Origin: the human T2T-CHM13v2.0 reference genome, Homo sapiens | DNA length: 64,000 nucleotides | Assembly (NCBI GenBank): GCA_009914755.4 | Contig: CP068257.2 | Span: 6,752,001-6,816,000, forward strand | Reading direction: 5' to 3' | Part shown: in pieces, positions 32,004 to 45,800 of the stretch | Numbering within the stretch: position 1 is the stretch's first letter | Layout of the letters: each line of letters starts with the position of its first letter | The notes under the pieces: model-generated | What the model was told of the DNA's origin: nothing | Database searches by the model: none | The model's input: only the letters and a program-made list of their open reading frames with translations | Position numbers and translations under genes: made by a program

Positions 32004-35000
32004 TCAACTTTGGTGGAATGGTATGGAATGGAATGGAAAGGAATGGAATGGAATGGAATAAAAGGGCATGGAATGGAATGAAATCAACCCGAATGGAATG
32101 GAACGGAATGGAGTAGAATGGTATAGAATGGAATGGAATGGAAAGGAATCAACCTGAAGGGTATGGAATGGAATGGAATGGAATGGAATTGAATTGAATG
32201 GAATGGAATGGAATCAACCAGAGGGGAATGCAATGAAATGAAATGGAATGGAATGGAACGGAAAGCAACGGAACGGAACGGAATTGAATGGAATGGAATG
32301 AACCCGAGTGGAAAGGAATGGAATGGAATGGAATGGAATGGAATAACATGCAATCAACTTTGGTGGAATGGTATGGAATGGAATGGAATGGAATGGAATC
32401 GAATGGAATGGAATCAACCCGAGTGGAATGCAATGGAATGAAAAGGAATGGAATGGAACGGAACGGAACGGAACGGAACGGAATTGAATGGAATGGAATC
32501 AACCCGAGGGGAAAGGAATGGAATGGAATGGAATGGAATGGAATGGAATGGAATGGAATAAAAGGGCATGGAATGGAATGGAATCATCCCGAGGGGAATG
32601 GAATGGAATGGAATGGAATGAAATGGAAATGAATCAAACCGAGTGGAATTTAATGTAATATAATGTAATGGAATGGAATGGAAACAATGCAATGCAATGA
32701 TATCAACTGGAATGGAATGCATTGGAATGGAATGGAATGGAATCACCCTGAGTGGAAAGGAATAGAATGGAATGGAAAGGAATGTAATGGAATGGAAACT
32801 AATGGAACGGAATGGAAACCACCAGAGTGGAATGGAATGCAATGGAATGGAATCGAATGGAATGGAATGGAATGGAATGGAATGGAATGGAATGGAATGG
32901 AATAGAATACAACAAAATGGAAACAACCCGAGTGGAATGGCATGGAATGAAAAGGATTGAATATAATGGAATGGATTGGAATCAACCCGATTAGAAACTA
33001 ATGGAATGGAATGGAATGGAATGGAATGGAATGGAATGGAATGGAATGGAATGGAATGGAATCTAACCTAGTGGAATGGAAAGGAATGGAATTTAAAGAA
33101 ATGAAATGGAATGGAATGGAACAGAATTGAATGGAATGGAATGGAATGGAATCTACCCGAGTGAAATGGAATGGAATGGAATTTAATGGAATGGAATGGT
33201 ATAGAATGTAATGGAATCAACCCCAGTGGAATGGTATAGAATGTAATGTAATGGAATGGAATGGAATAAAATGGAATGGAATGGAAACAACCCGAGTGGA
33301 ATGGAATGGAATAACCGGAGAGGAATGGAATGGAATGGAGTGGAATGGAATGGAATAGAATGGAATAGAATGGAAAGGAATAGAATGAAATTGAAAGGAA
33401 TGGAATGGAAACCACCCGAGTGGAATGGAATGGAATGGAATGGAATGCAATGGAAACATCCCGAGTGGAATGGAAAGGAATGGAATGGAACGGAATATAA
33501 TGGAATGGAATGGAAACATCCCGAGTGGAATGGAATGGTATGGAATGCAATTGAATGGTATGGAACAGAACGGAATGAAATGGAATGCAATAGATTGCGA
33601 GTGGAATTGAATGGAATGGAATGGATTGGAATGGAATGGAAAGGATTGGAGTGGAATGGAATGGAATCAACAAGAATGGAATGGAAAGGAATGGAATGGA
33701 ATGGAATGGAATGGAATGGAATGGAATGGAATGGTAAGGAACAGAATGGAAACAACCCGAGTGGAATGGAATGGAATGGACTGTAATCCACCCGAGTGGA
33801 ATGGAATGTAATGGAATTGAACGGAATATAATGGAATTGAATGGAATCATCCCGAGTCGAATGGAATGGTATCTAATGCAATGGAATGGAATGGAATGGA
33901 ATGGAATGGAATGGAATGGAATGCAATGGAACACAACAAAATGGAAAAAACCCGAGTGGAATGGCATGGAATGGAAAGGACTTGAATATAATGGAATGGA
34001 TTGGTATCATCCCGATTAGAAATTAATGGAATGGAATGGAATGGAAAGGAATGGAATGGAATGGAACCTACACAAGTGGAATGGAATGAAATGGAAATAA
34101 ATGGAATGGAATAGAATGGAAAGGAATGGAACGGAATGGAATGGAATGGAATGGAATGGAATCTACCCGAGTGGAATGGAATGGAATGGAATTTAATGGA
34201 ATGGAATGGAATAGAATGGTATGGAATCAACCCGAGTGGAATGGTAAAGAATGCAATGTAATGGAACGGAATGGAATGGAATAAAATGGAATGGAATGGA
34301 ATGGAAACAACCCGAGTTGAATGGAATGGAATGGAATAACCGGAGAGGAATGGAATGGAATGCAGGGTAATGGAATGGAATAGAATGGAATGGAATGGAA
34401 TGGAATAGAATGAAATGGAAAGGAATGGAATAGAAACAACCCGAGTGGAATGGAATGGAATGGAATCCACCCGAGTGGAATGGAATGCAATGGAATTGAA
34501 CGGAATATAATGGAATTGAATAGAATCATCCTGAGTGGAATGGAATGGTATCTAATGCAATGGAGTGGAATGGAACAGAACTGAATGGGATGGAAAGAAT
34601 AGATTGAATCCAAGTGGAATTGAATGGAATGAAATGGATTCGAAAGGAATGGAATGGATTGGAATGGATTGGAATGGAAAGGAATGGATTCAACCCGAGT
34701 GGAATGTAATGGATTGGAATGGAGTGGAATGGAATGGAATGGAATCAACACGAATGGAATGGAACGGAATGGAATGGAATGGTATGGAATGAAATAGAAA
34801 GGAACGGAATAGAATCAACCAAAGTGGAATGGAATGGAATGGAATGGAAGGGAATCAACACGAGTGGAATTGAATGGAAAGGAATGCAATGGAATGGAAT
34901 GGAATGGAATGGAATGGAATGGAATGGAATGCAATGGAATTCAATGGAATCAACCCGAGTGGAATGGAATGCTATGGAATGCAATGGAATGGAGTGGAAC

Positions 35001-38000
35001 AGAACGGAATGGAATTGCATGGAATTGATTGAATCCGAGTGGAATTGAACGGAAGGGAATGCATTGGAATGGAAAGGAAAGGATTCAACCCGAGTGGAAT
35101 GTAATGGAATGGAGTGGAGTGGAATGGAATGGTATGGATTGGAATGGAATGGAATGGAATGGAATCAACACAAAGGGAATGGAATGGAATGGAATAGAAT
35201 GGAAAGGAATGGAATGGAATGGTATGGAATGTAATGTAATGGAATGGAATGGAATGAAATGGAATCAACCGGAATGGAATGGAATGGAATGGAATGGAAT
35301 GGAATGGAATGGAATGGAAATGAATCAAACCGAGTGGAATGGAATGGAATGGAATGGAAACAATGCCATGCAATGGTATCAACGGGAATGGAATGCATTG
35401 GAATGGAATGGAATGGAATCACCCTGAGTGGATAGGAAAGGAATGGAAGGGAATGGAAAGGAATGGAATGGAATGGAAACTAATGGAAGGGAATGGAAAC
35501 AACCCGAGTGGAATGGAATGGAATGGAATGGAATGGAATGGAATGGAATGGAATACAACAAAATGGAAACAACCCGAGTGGAATGGCATGGAATGGAAAG
35601 GACTTGAATATAATGGAATGGATTGGAATCAACCCGATTAGAAACTAATGGAATGGAATGGAATGGAATGGAATGGAATGGAATGGAATGGATTGGAATT
35701 TACCCGAATGGAATGGAATGTAATGAAATTAAATGGAATGGAAAGGAATGGAAAGGAATGGAATGGAATCTACACGAGTGGAATGGAATTGAATTGAATT
35801 TAATGGAATTGAACGGAATACAATGATATGGAATCAACCCGTGTGGAATGGTATAGAATGTAATGTAATGGAATGGAATGGAATAAAATGGAATGGACTG
35901 GAATGGAAACAAAACGAGTGGAACGGAATGGAATAACCTGAGAGGAATGGAATGGAATGGAGTGGCATGGAATGGAATAGAATGGAATGGAATGGAATGG
36001 AATAGAATGAAATTGAAAGGAATGGAATGGAAACAACCCGTGTGGAATGGAATGGAAAGGAATCAACCTGAAGGGTATGGAATGGAATGGAATGGAATGG
36101 AATGGAATGGAATGGAATGGAATCAACCAGAGTGGAATGCAATGGAATGAAATGGAATTGAAATGAATGGAATGGAACGGAATGGAACGGAACGGAATTG
36201 AATCGAATGGAATCAACCCAAATTGAAAGGAATGGAATGGAATGGACTGGAATGGAATGGAATGGAATGGAATGGAATGGAATGGATTGGAATGGATTCA
36301 ACACAAATGGAATGGAATGGAACGGAATGGAATAGAATGGAAAGGAGTGGAATGCAATTGAATGGAATGAAATGGAATAAACCCGAATGGAATGGAATGG
36401 AATGGAATGGAATTGAGTGGAATGGAATAAACACCAGTGGAATGAAATGGAATGGAATGGAATGGAATGAAATCAACACGAGTAGAACGGAACGGAATGG
36501 AATGGAATGGAAAGGAATGGAATCAACTGGAATGGAATGAAATGGAATGGAATGGAGTGGAATGTAATGGAATGCAATGGAATCAACAAGAGTGAAATGC
36601 AAAGGAATGGAATGGAATGGAATAGAATGGAATGGAATGGAATACAACAAAATGGAAAGAACTCGAGTGGAATGGCAAGGAATGGAAAGGACTTGAATAA
36701 AATGGAATGGATTGGAATCAACCCGATTAGAAACTAGTGGAAAGGAATGGAATGGAATGGAATCTGCCCGAGTGGAATGGAATGGAATGGAATTGAATGG
36801 AATGGAATGGAGTGGAATAGAATAGAATGGAATGGAATGGAACGGAATGGAAGGGAATTGAATGGAATAGAATGGAATCGAATCTACCCGAGTGGAATGG
36901 AATGGAAAGGAATTTAATGGAATGGAAAGGAATGGAATGGAATGGAATGGAATGGAATGGAATGGAATGGAATGGAATAAACACCAGTGGAATGAAATGG
37001 AATGGAATGGAATGGAATGCAATGGAATGGAATGGAATGGAGTGGAATGGAATAAACACCAGTGGAATGAAATGGAATGGAATGGAATGGAATGCAATGG
37101 AATGGAATGGAATGGAATGGAATGGAATGGAAACTACTGGAATGGAATGGAAACAACCCGAGTGGAATGGAATGCAATGGAATGGAATGGAATGGAATGA
37201 CACGGAATGGAATGGAATGGACTGGAATGGAATTTAAAGGAATGGAATGGAATCAACCCGACTGGAATGGAATGGAATGTAAAGCAGTGAATGGAATGTA
37301 ATGGAATGAAATGGAATGGAATGGAATGGTATGCAATGCAGTGGAATGGATTTGAATGGAATGGAATGGAACGGAACGGAACGGAATGGAATGGAATGGA
37401 ATGGAATGGAATGGAATGGACACCAATGGAATGGAATGGAATTGAATGGAATGGAATGGAATGGATTGGAATGGATGGGAATGGAATGGAACGGAATTAA
37501 CCGGAGTGGAATGCAATGGAATGGAATGGAGTGGAATGGAATCAACCCGAGTGGAATGGAATGGAATGGAATGGAATGGAATGGAATGGAATGGAATCAA
37601 CACGAATGGACTGGAACGAAATGGAATGGAATGGATTGGAATGGAATGGAATGGAATGGAATGGAATGGAATGGAATGGAATGGAATGGAATAGTATGGT
37701 ATGGAATGAAATGGAAAGAAACAGAATGGAATCAACCCAAGTGGAGTGGAATAGAATGGAATGGAAGGGAATCAATACGAGTCAAATGGAATGGAGTGGA
37801 ATGCTATGGAATGGAATGGAATGAAATGAAATGGAATGTAATGGAATGGAATGGAATTCAAGGGAATCAATCCGAGTGGAATGGAATGGTATGGAATGCA
37901 ATGGAATGGAGTGGAACAGAACGGAATGGAATGGAATGGAATTGATTGAATCCGAATGGAATTGAATGGAAGGGAATGCATTGGAATGGAATAGAAAGGA

Positions 38001-39890
38001 TTCAACCCGAGTGGAAAGTAATGGATTGGAATGGAATGGAAAGGAATGGAATGGAATCAACACAAATGGAATGGAATGGAATGGAAAGGAATGGATTGCA
38101 ATGGAATGGAATGGAATGGAATGGAATGGAATGGAATGGAAATGAAAGGAATGGAATGCAATGGAATGGAATGGAATGCAATGGAATGGAATGGAATGCA
38201 ATGGAATGGAATGGAATGAAATGAAATAAACCCGAATGGAATGGAATGGAATGGAATGCAATGCCATGGAATGGAATGGAATGGAGTGGAATGGAATAAA
38301 CAGAAGTGGAATGAATTGGAATGGAATGAAATGGAATGGAATGGAATGGAATGGACTGGAATGAAATAAACCCGAGTAGAATGGAACGGAATGGATTGGA
38401 ATGGAAAGGAATTGAATAAACTGGAATGGAATGAAATGGAATGGAAGGGAGTGGAATGGAATGGAATACAATGGAATCAACACGAGTGGAATGCAATGCA
38501 ACGGAAGGGAAAGGAATGGAATGGAACGGAACCAACCCGAGTGGAGTGGAATAAAGTGGAATGGAATGGAGTATGATCAACCTGAGTGGAACGGAATGCA
38601 ATGGAATGGAATGGAATGGAATGGTTTCAACCAGAGTGGAATGGAATGGAATGGAATGGAACGGAATGGAATGCAATGGACGTAACTGGAATGGAATGGA
38701 ATGGAATGGAATGGAATGGAATGGAATGGAACGGAATCAACATGAGTCAAATGGAATGGAATGGAATGGAATGGAATGGAATGGAATGGAGTCAACACGA
38801 ATGGACTGGAACGTAATGGAATGGAATGGAATGGAATGGTATGGTTTGGAATGAAATGGAAAGGAACGGAATGGAATCAACCCAAGTGGAGTGGAATAGA
38901 ATGGAATGGAAGGGAATGAAGACGAGTCAAATGGAATGGAATGGAATGCAATGGAAAGGAATGGAATGCAATGAAATGGAATGGAATGGAATGGAATGGA
39001 ATGCAATGGAATGGAATGGAATTCAGTGAAATGGAATGGAAAAGAATGGAATGGAATAGAATGGAATCTACTGTAATGGAATGGAAACAACCTGAGTGGA
39101 ATGGAATGCAATGGAATGGAATGGAATGGAATGGAATGGAATGGAATGGAAAGGAACGGAATGTAAAGGAATGGAATGGAATCAACCCGACTGGAATGGA
39201 ATGGAATGGAAAGGAATGAATGGAATGGAATGGAATGGAATGGAATGGAATGGAATGGAATGGAATGGAATTGTATGGAATACAATGATATGGAATTGAA
39301 TGGAATGGAACGGAATGGAACGGAATGGAATGGAATGGACCCCAATGGAATGGAATGGAATGGAATGGATTGGAATGGAATGGAACGGAATTAACCCGAG
39401 TGGAATGGAATGGAATGGAATGGAGTGGAATGGAATGGAATGGAATGGAATGGAATGGAATGGAAAGGAATCAACCCGAGTGGAATGCAATGAAATGGAA
39501 TGCAATGGAATGGAATGGTATGGAATCAACCCTAGTGAAATGGTATGGAATGGAATGGAATGGAACAGAATGGAATGGAATCATCCCGAATGGAATGGAA
39601 AGGAATGGAGAGGAATGGTACGGTATGGAATGGAATGGAAAGGAATCAACCCGAAGGTTATGGAATGGAATGCAATGGAATGGAATGGAATCAACCCGAG
39701 TGGAATGCAATCGAATAAAATGGAATGGAATGAAACGGAAAGGAACGGAATGGAACGGAATTGAAAGGAATGGAATCAAACCGAGTGGAAAGGAATGGAA
39801 TGGAATGAAATGCAATGGTGTGGAATGGAATGGAAAGGAATAACATGCAATCGACTTTAGTGGAATGGTATGGAATGGAATAATATGCAA
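32004..39890. repeat. Internally deleted copy of the 15.4-kb unit (7.9 kb). It comprises an A block compressed to ~1.0 kb (32004-~33000) and a B block lacking ~1.4 kb (~33000-39890).
   Basis: 32110-32600 resembles the A start at 39905-40400. 32630-33000 resembles the A tail near 47100-47400. The B start module (GATTAGAAACTAATGG) appears at ~32990 as at 24076 and 47397. 33850-39890 matches 26200-32003 at offset 7821-7887, with identical 174-codon stretches (34227-34751 vs 26406-26930). Confidence 0.6.
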
Positions 39891-42800
39891 TCAACTTTGG
39901 TGGAATGGTATAGAATGGAATGGAATGGAAAGGAATCAACCTGAAGGGTATGGAATGGAATGGAATGGAATGGAATGGAATGGAATTGAATTGAATGGAA
40001 TGGAATGGAATGGAATCAACCAGAGGGGAATGCAATGAAATGAAATGGAATGGAATGGAACGGAAAGCAATGGAACGGAACGGAATTGAATGGAATGGAA
40101 TGAACCCGAGTGGAAAGGAATGGAATGGAATGGAATGGAATGGAATGGAATAACATGCAATCAACTTTGGTGGAATGGTATGGAATGGAATGGAATGGAA
40201 TGGAATCGAATGGAATGGAATCAACCCGAGTGGAATGCAATGGAATGAAAAGGAATGGAATGGAACGGAACGGAACGGAACGGAACGGAATGGAATGGAA
40301 TGGAATCAACCCGAGGGGAAAAGAATGGAATGGAATGGAATGGAATGGAATGGAATGGAATGGAATGGAATGGAATAAAAGGGCATGGAATGGAATGGAA
40401 TCATCCCGAGGGGAATGGAATGGAATGGAATGGAATGGAATGGAATGGAATGGAATGGAATGGAATCAACCTGAGTTGAACGGAATGGAATGGAATGGAA
40501 TGGAATGGAATGGAATGGTATCAACCAGAGTGGAATGGAATGGAATTGAATGGAATGGAACGGAATGGAATGCAATGGAATCAACTGGAATGGAATGGAA
40601 TTGAATGAAATGGAATGGAATCAACCTCAGTCAAATAGAATGGAATGGAATGGAATGGAATGGAATGGAATGGAATGGAATGGAATGGAATGGAATGGAA
40701 GGGAAAGGAACGGAATGGAATCAACCCGAGTGGAATGGAATGGAATGGAATGGAATCCACCCGAGTGGAATGGAATGGAATGGAATGCAATGGAATTGAA
40801 CGGAATATAATGGAATTAAATGGAATCATCCCGTGTGGAACAGATTGGTATCTAATGCAATGGAATGGAATGGAACAGAACGGAATGGAATGGAAGAATA
40901 GATTGAATCCAATTGGAATTGAATGGAATGGAATGGATTGGAAAGGAATGGAATGGATTGCAATGGATTGGAATGGAAAGGAATGGATTCAGCCCGAGTG
41001 GAATGTAATGGATTGGAATGGAATGGAATGGAATGGAATGGAATGGAATGGTATGGAATGAAATGGAAAGGAACGGAACAGAATCAACACAAGTGGAATG
41101 GAATGGAAAGGAATGCAATTGAATGGAATGGAATGGAATGGAATGGAATGGAATGGAATGGAATGGAATCAACCCGAGTGGAGTAGAATGGAATGGAATG
41201 GAATGAACCGCAGTGGAATGGAATGGAATGGAATGCAATAGAATGGAATGGAATGGAAAGGAATGGAATTCAATGGAATCAACCCGAGTGGAATGGAATG
41301 GTATGGAATGCAATGGAATGGAGTGGAACAGAACGGAATGGAATGGAATGGAAATGATTGAATCTGAGTGGAATTGAATGGAAGGGAAAGCATTGGAAAG
41401 GAATGGAAAGGATTCAACCCGAGTGGAATGTAATGGATTGGAATGGAGTGGAATGTAATGGAATGGATTGGAATGGAATGGAATCAACACAAATGGAAAG
41501 GAATGGAATGGAATGGAATAGAATGGAAAGGAATGGAATGCAATGGAATGGAATGGAATGGAATGAAATGGAATAAACCCGAATGGAATGGAATGGAATG
41601 GAATGGAATGGAATGAATTGGAATAAACCCGAGTGGAATGGAATGGAATGGAATGGAAAGGAATGGAATGGAGTGGAATGGAATGGACTGGAATGGAATG
41701 CAAAGTAATGGAATGGAACCAACCCGACTGGAATGGAATGGAATGGAATGGAAAGGAATGAATGGAATGGAATGGAATGGAATGGTATGGAATGCAATCG
41801 GATGGAATTCAATGGAATGGAACACAATGGAATGGAATGGAATGGAATGGGCCCCAATGGAATGTAATGTAATGGAATGGATTGGAATGGAATGGAATGG
41901 AATTAACCCGAGTGGAATGGAATGTAATGGAATGGAATGGAATGGAATCAACCCGAGTGGAAAGGAATGGCATGCAATCGAATGGAATGGAATGGAATCA
42001 ATCCAAGAGGAATGGAATGGAATGAAATGGAAAGCAATGGAATGGAATGGAATGGAATGGAATGGAATGGAATGGAATGGAATGGAATGGAATCAACCCG
42101 AGTGGAAAGGAATGGCATGCAATCGAATGGAATGGAATGGAATGGAATCAATCCAAGAGGAATGGAATGGAATGGAATGGAATGCAATGGAATGGAATGG
42201 AATGGAATGGAATGGAATGGAATGGAAATGAATCAAACCGAGTGGAATGTAATGTAATGTAATGGAATGGAATGGAATTTAAACAATGCAATGCAATGGT
42301 ATCAACTGGAATGGAATGCATTGGAATCGAATGGAATGGAATCACCCAGAGTTTAAAGGAATGGAATGGAATGGAATGGAATGGAATGGAATGGAATGGA
42401 AAGGAATGGAATGGAATGGAAACTACAGGAACCGAAAAGAAAGAACCCGAGTGGAATGGAATGCAATGCAATGGAAAGGAATGGAATGGAATGGAATGGA
42501 ACGGAATAAAATGGAATGGAATGGAATCATCCCGAGTGGAATGGAATGACATGGAATGCAATAGAATGGAATGGAACAGAACGGAATGAAATGGAATGGA
42601 ATAGATTGAATGCGAGTGGAAATGAATGGAACGGAATGGATTGGAATGGAATGGAATGGATTGAAGTGGAATGGAATGGAATCAACACGAATGGAATGGA
42701 ACGGAATGGCAGGGATTGGAAAGGAACGGAATGGAATCAACCCGAGTGGAATGGAATGGAATGGAATCCACCCGATTGGAATGAAATGGAATGCAATGTA

Positions 42801-45800
42801 ATGGAATGCATTGGAATCAACTCGAGTGGAATGGAATGGAATGGAATGGAATGGAATGGAATGGAATGGAAGAGAATCGAATCCAATGGAATCAACTGGA
42901 ATGGAATGGAATGGAATGGAATGGAATGGAATGGAATGGAATGGAATCAATCCGGGTGGAATGGAATGGAATGGAATGGAGTGCACTGGAATTAAATGGA
43001 GTGGAATGGAATGGAATGGAATCAACCCGTATGGAATGGAACGGAATGGAATGGAAAGGAATGGAATGGAATGGAATGGAATGGAATGGAATGGAATGGA
43101 ACAGAATAGAATGGAATCAGCCCAAATGGGATGGAATGGAATGGAATGGAATGGAATGGAATGGAATGGAATGGAATGGAATGGAATGGAATGGAATGGA
43201 ATACAACAAAATGGAAACAACCCGTGTGGAATGGCATGGAATGGAAAGGACTTGAATATAATGGAATGGATTGGTATCAACCCGATTAGAAATTAATGGA
43301 ATGGAATGTAATAGAATTAAATGGAATGGAATAGAAAGGAATGGAATGGAACGGAATGGAATGGAATGGAATGCAATGGAATCTACACGAGTGGAATGGA
43401 ATGGAATGGAATTTAATTGAATGGAATGGAATAGAATGGTATGGAATCAACCGGAGTGGAATGGTAAAGAATGCAATGTACTGGAACGGAATGGAATGGA
43501 ATAAAATGGATTGGAATGGAAAGGAAACAACCCGAGTTGAATGGAATGGAATGGAATGGAATGGAATGGAATGGAATGGAATGGAATGGAATCAACCCGA
43601 GTGGAGTAGAATGGAATGGAATGGAATGGAATGAACCGCAGTGGAATGGAATGGAATGGAATGCAATAGAATGGAATGGAATGGAATGGAATGGAATTCA
43701 ATGGAATCACCCAGAGTGGAGTGGAATGGTATGGAATGCAATGGAATGGAGTGGAACAGAACGGAATGGAATGGAATGGAAATGATTGAATCTGAGTGGA
43801 ATTGAATGGAAGAGAAAGCATTGGAAAGGAATGGAAAGGATTCAACCCGAATGGAATGGAATGGATTGGAATGGAGTGGAATGGAATGGAATGGAATGGA
43901 ATGGAATCAACACAAATGGAATGGAATGGAATGGAAGGGAATGGAATGCAATGGAATGGAATGGAATGGAATGGAATTAAATGGAATAAACCGGAATGTA
44001 ATGTAATGGAATGGAATGGAATGGAATGGAATGGAATGGAATGGAATGGAAACTACTGGAACCGAATGGAAAGAACCCGAGTGGAATGGAATGGAATGGA
44101 ATGGAATGGAATGGAATGGAATGGAACGGAATAAAATGGAATGGAATGGAATCATCCCGAGTGGAATGGAATGGCATGGAATGCAATAGAATGGAATGGA
44201 ACAGAACGGAATGAAATGGAATGGAATAGATTGAATGCGAGTGGAATTGAATGGAACGGAATGGATTGGAACGGAATGGAATGGATTGAAGTGGAATGGA
44301 ATGGAATCAACACGAATGGAATGGAACGGAATGGCAGGGATTGGAAAGGAACGGAATGGAATCAACCCGAGTGGAATGGAATGGAATGGAATCCACCCGA
44401 TTGGAATGAAATGGAATGGAATGTAATGGAATGCATTGGAATCAACTCGAGTGGAATGGAATGGAATGGAATGGAATGGAATGGAACAGAAATGAATCCA
44501 ATGGAATCAACTGGAATGGAATGGAATGGAATGGAATGGAATGGAATGGAATGGAATGGAATCAATCCGGGTGGAATGGAATGGAATGGAATGGAGTGCA
44601 CTGGAATTGAATGGAGTGGAATGGAATGGAATGGAATCAACCCGTATGGAATGGAACGGAATGGAATGGAAAGGAATGGAATGGAATGGAATGGAATGGA
44701 ACAGAATAGAATGGAATCAGCCCAAATGGGATGGAATGGAATGGAATGGAATGGAATGGAATGGAATGGAATGGAATGGAATGGAATGGAATTCTATGGA
44801 ATCAACCGTAGTGTAATGTAAATGAATGGAATATAATGGAATGGAATGGAAGGGAATGGAATCAACCCAAGTGCATTGGAATGGAATGGAATGCAACGGA
44901 ATCAACCCGAGAGTAATGGAATGGAAAGCAATTGAATGGAATGGAAAGGAATGGAATGGAATCAACCCGACAGGAATGGAATGGAATGGTATGGAATCAA
45001 ACCGAGTGGAATGGAATGGAATGGAATGGAAAGGAATGCAATGGAATGGAATGGAAAGGAATGGAATGGAATGGAATGGAAAGAACCCGAATGGAAAGGA
45101 ATGGAATGGAATTGAATGGATTGGAATGGAATGGAATTGAATCAACCCGAGTGGAATGGAATGGAATCGAGTGGAGTTGAATGGAATGGAATGGAATGGA
45201 ATAAAATAAACCCGAATGGAATGGAATGGAATGGAATGGAATGGAATGGAATGGAAAGGAATCAACCTGAGTGGAGTGGAATGGAATGGAATTTCATGAA
45301 ATGGAATGGAATGGAATGGTATGGAATAAACACGAGTGGAATGGTATGGAATGCAAAGGAATGGAACGGAATGGAATGGAATAAAATGGAATGGAATGGA
45401 ATGGAATCAACTCGAGTGAAATGGAATGGAATGAAATGGAATGGAAAGGAATGAAATCAACCGGAGTGCAGTGGAATGGAATGGAGTGGAATGGAATGGA
45501 ATGGAATGGAATGGAATGGAATGGAATGGAATGGAATGGCATGGAATGGAATGCAATGGAATACAACAAAATGGAAACAACCCGTGTGGAATGGCATGGA
45601 ATGGAAAGGACTTGAATATAATGGAATGGATTGGTATCAACCCGATTAGAAATTAATGGAATGGAATGTAATAGAATTAAATGGAATGGAATAGAATGGA
45701 ATGGAACGGAACGGAATGGAATGGAATGGAATGGAATGGAATGGAATGGAATGGAATGGAATGGAATGGAATGGAATCTACACGAGTGGAATGGAATGGA

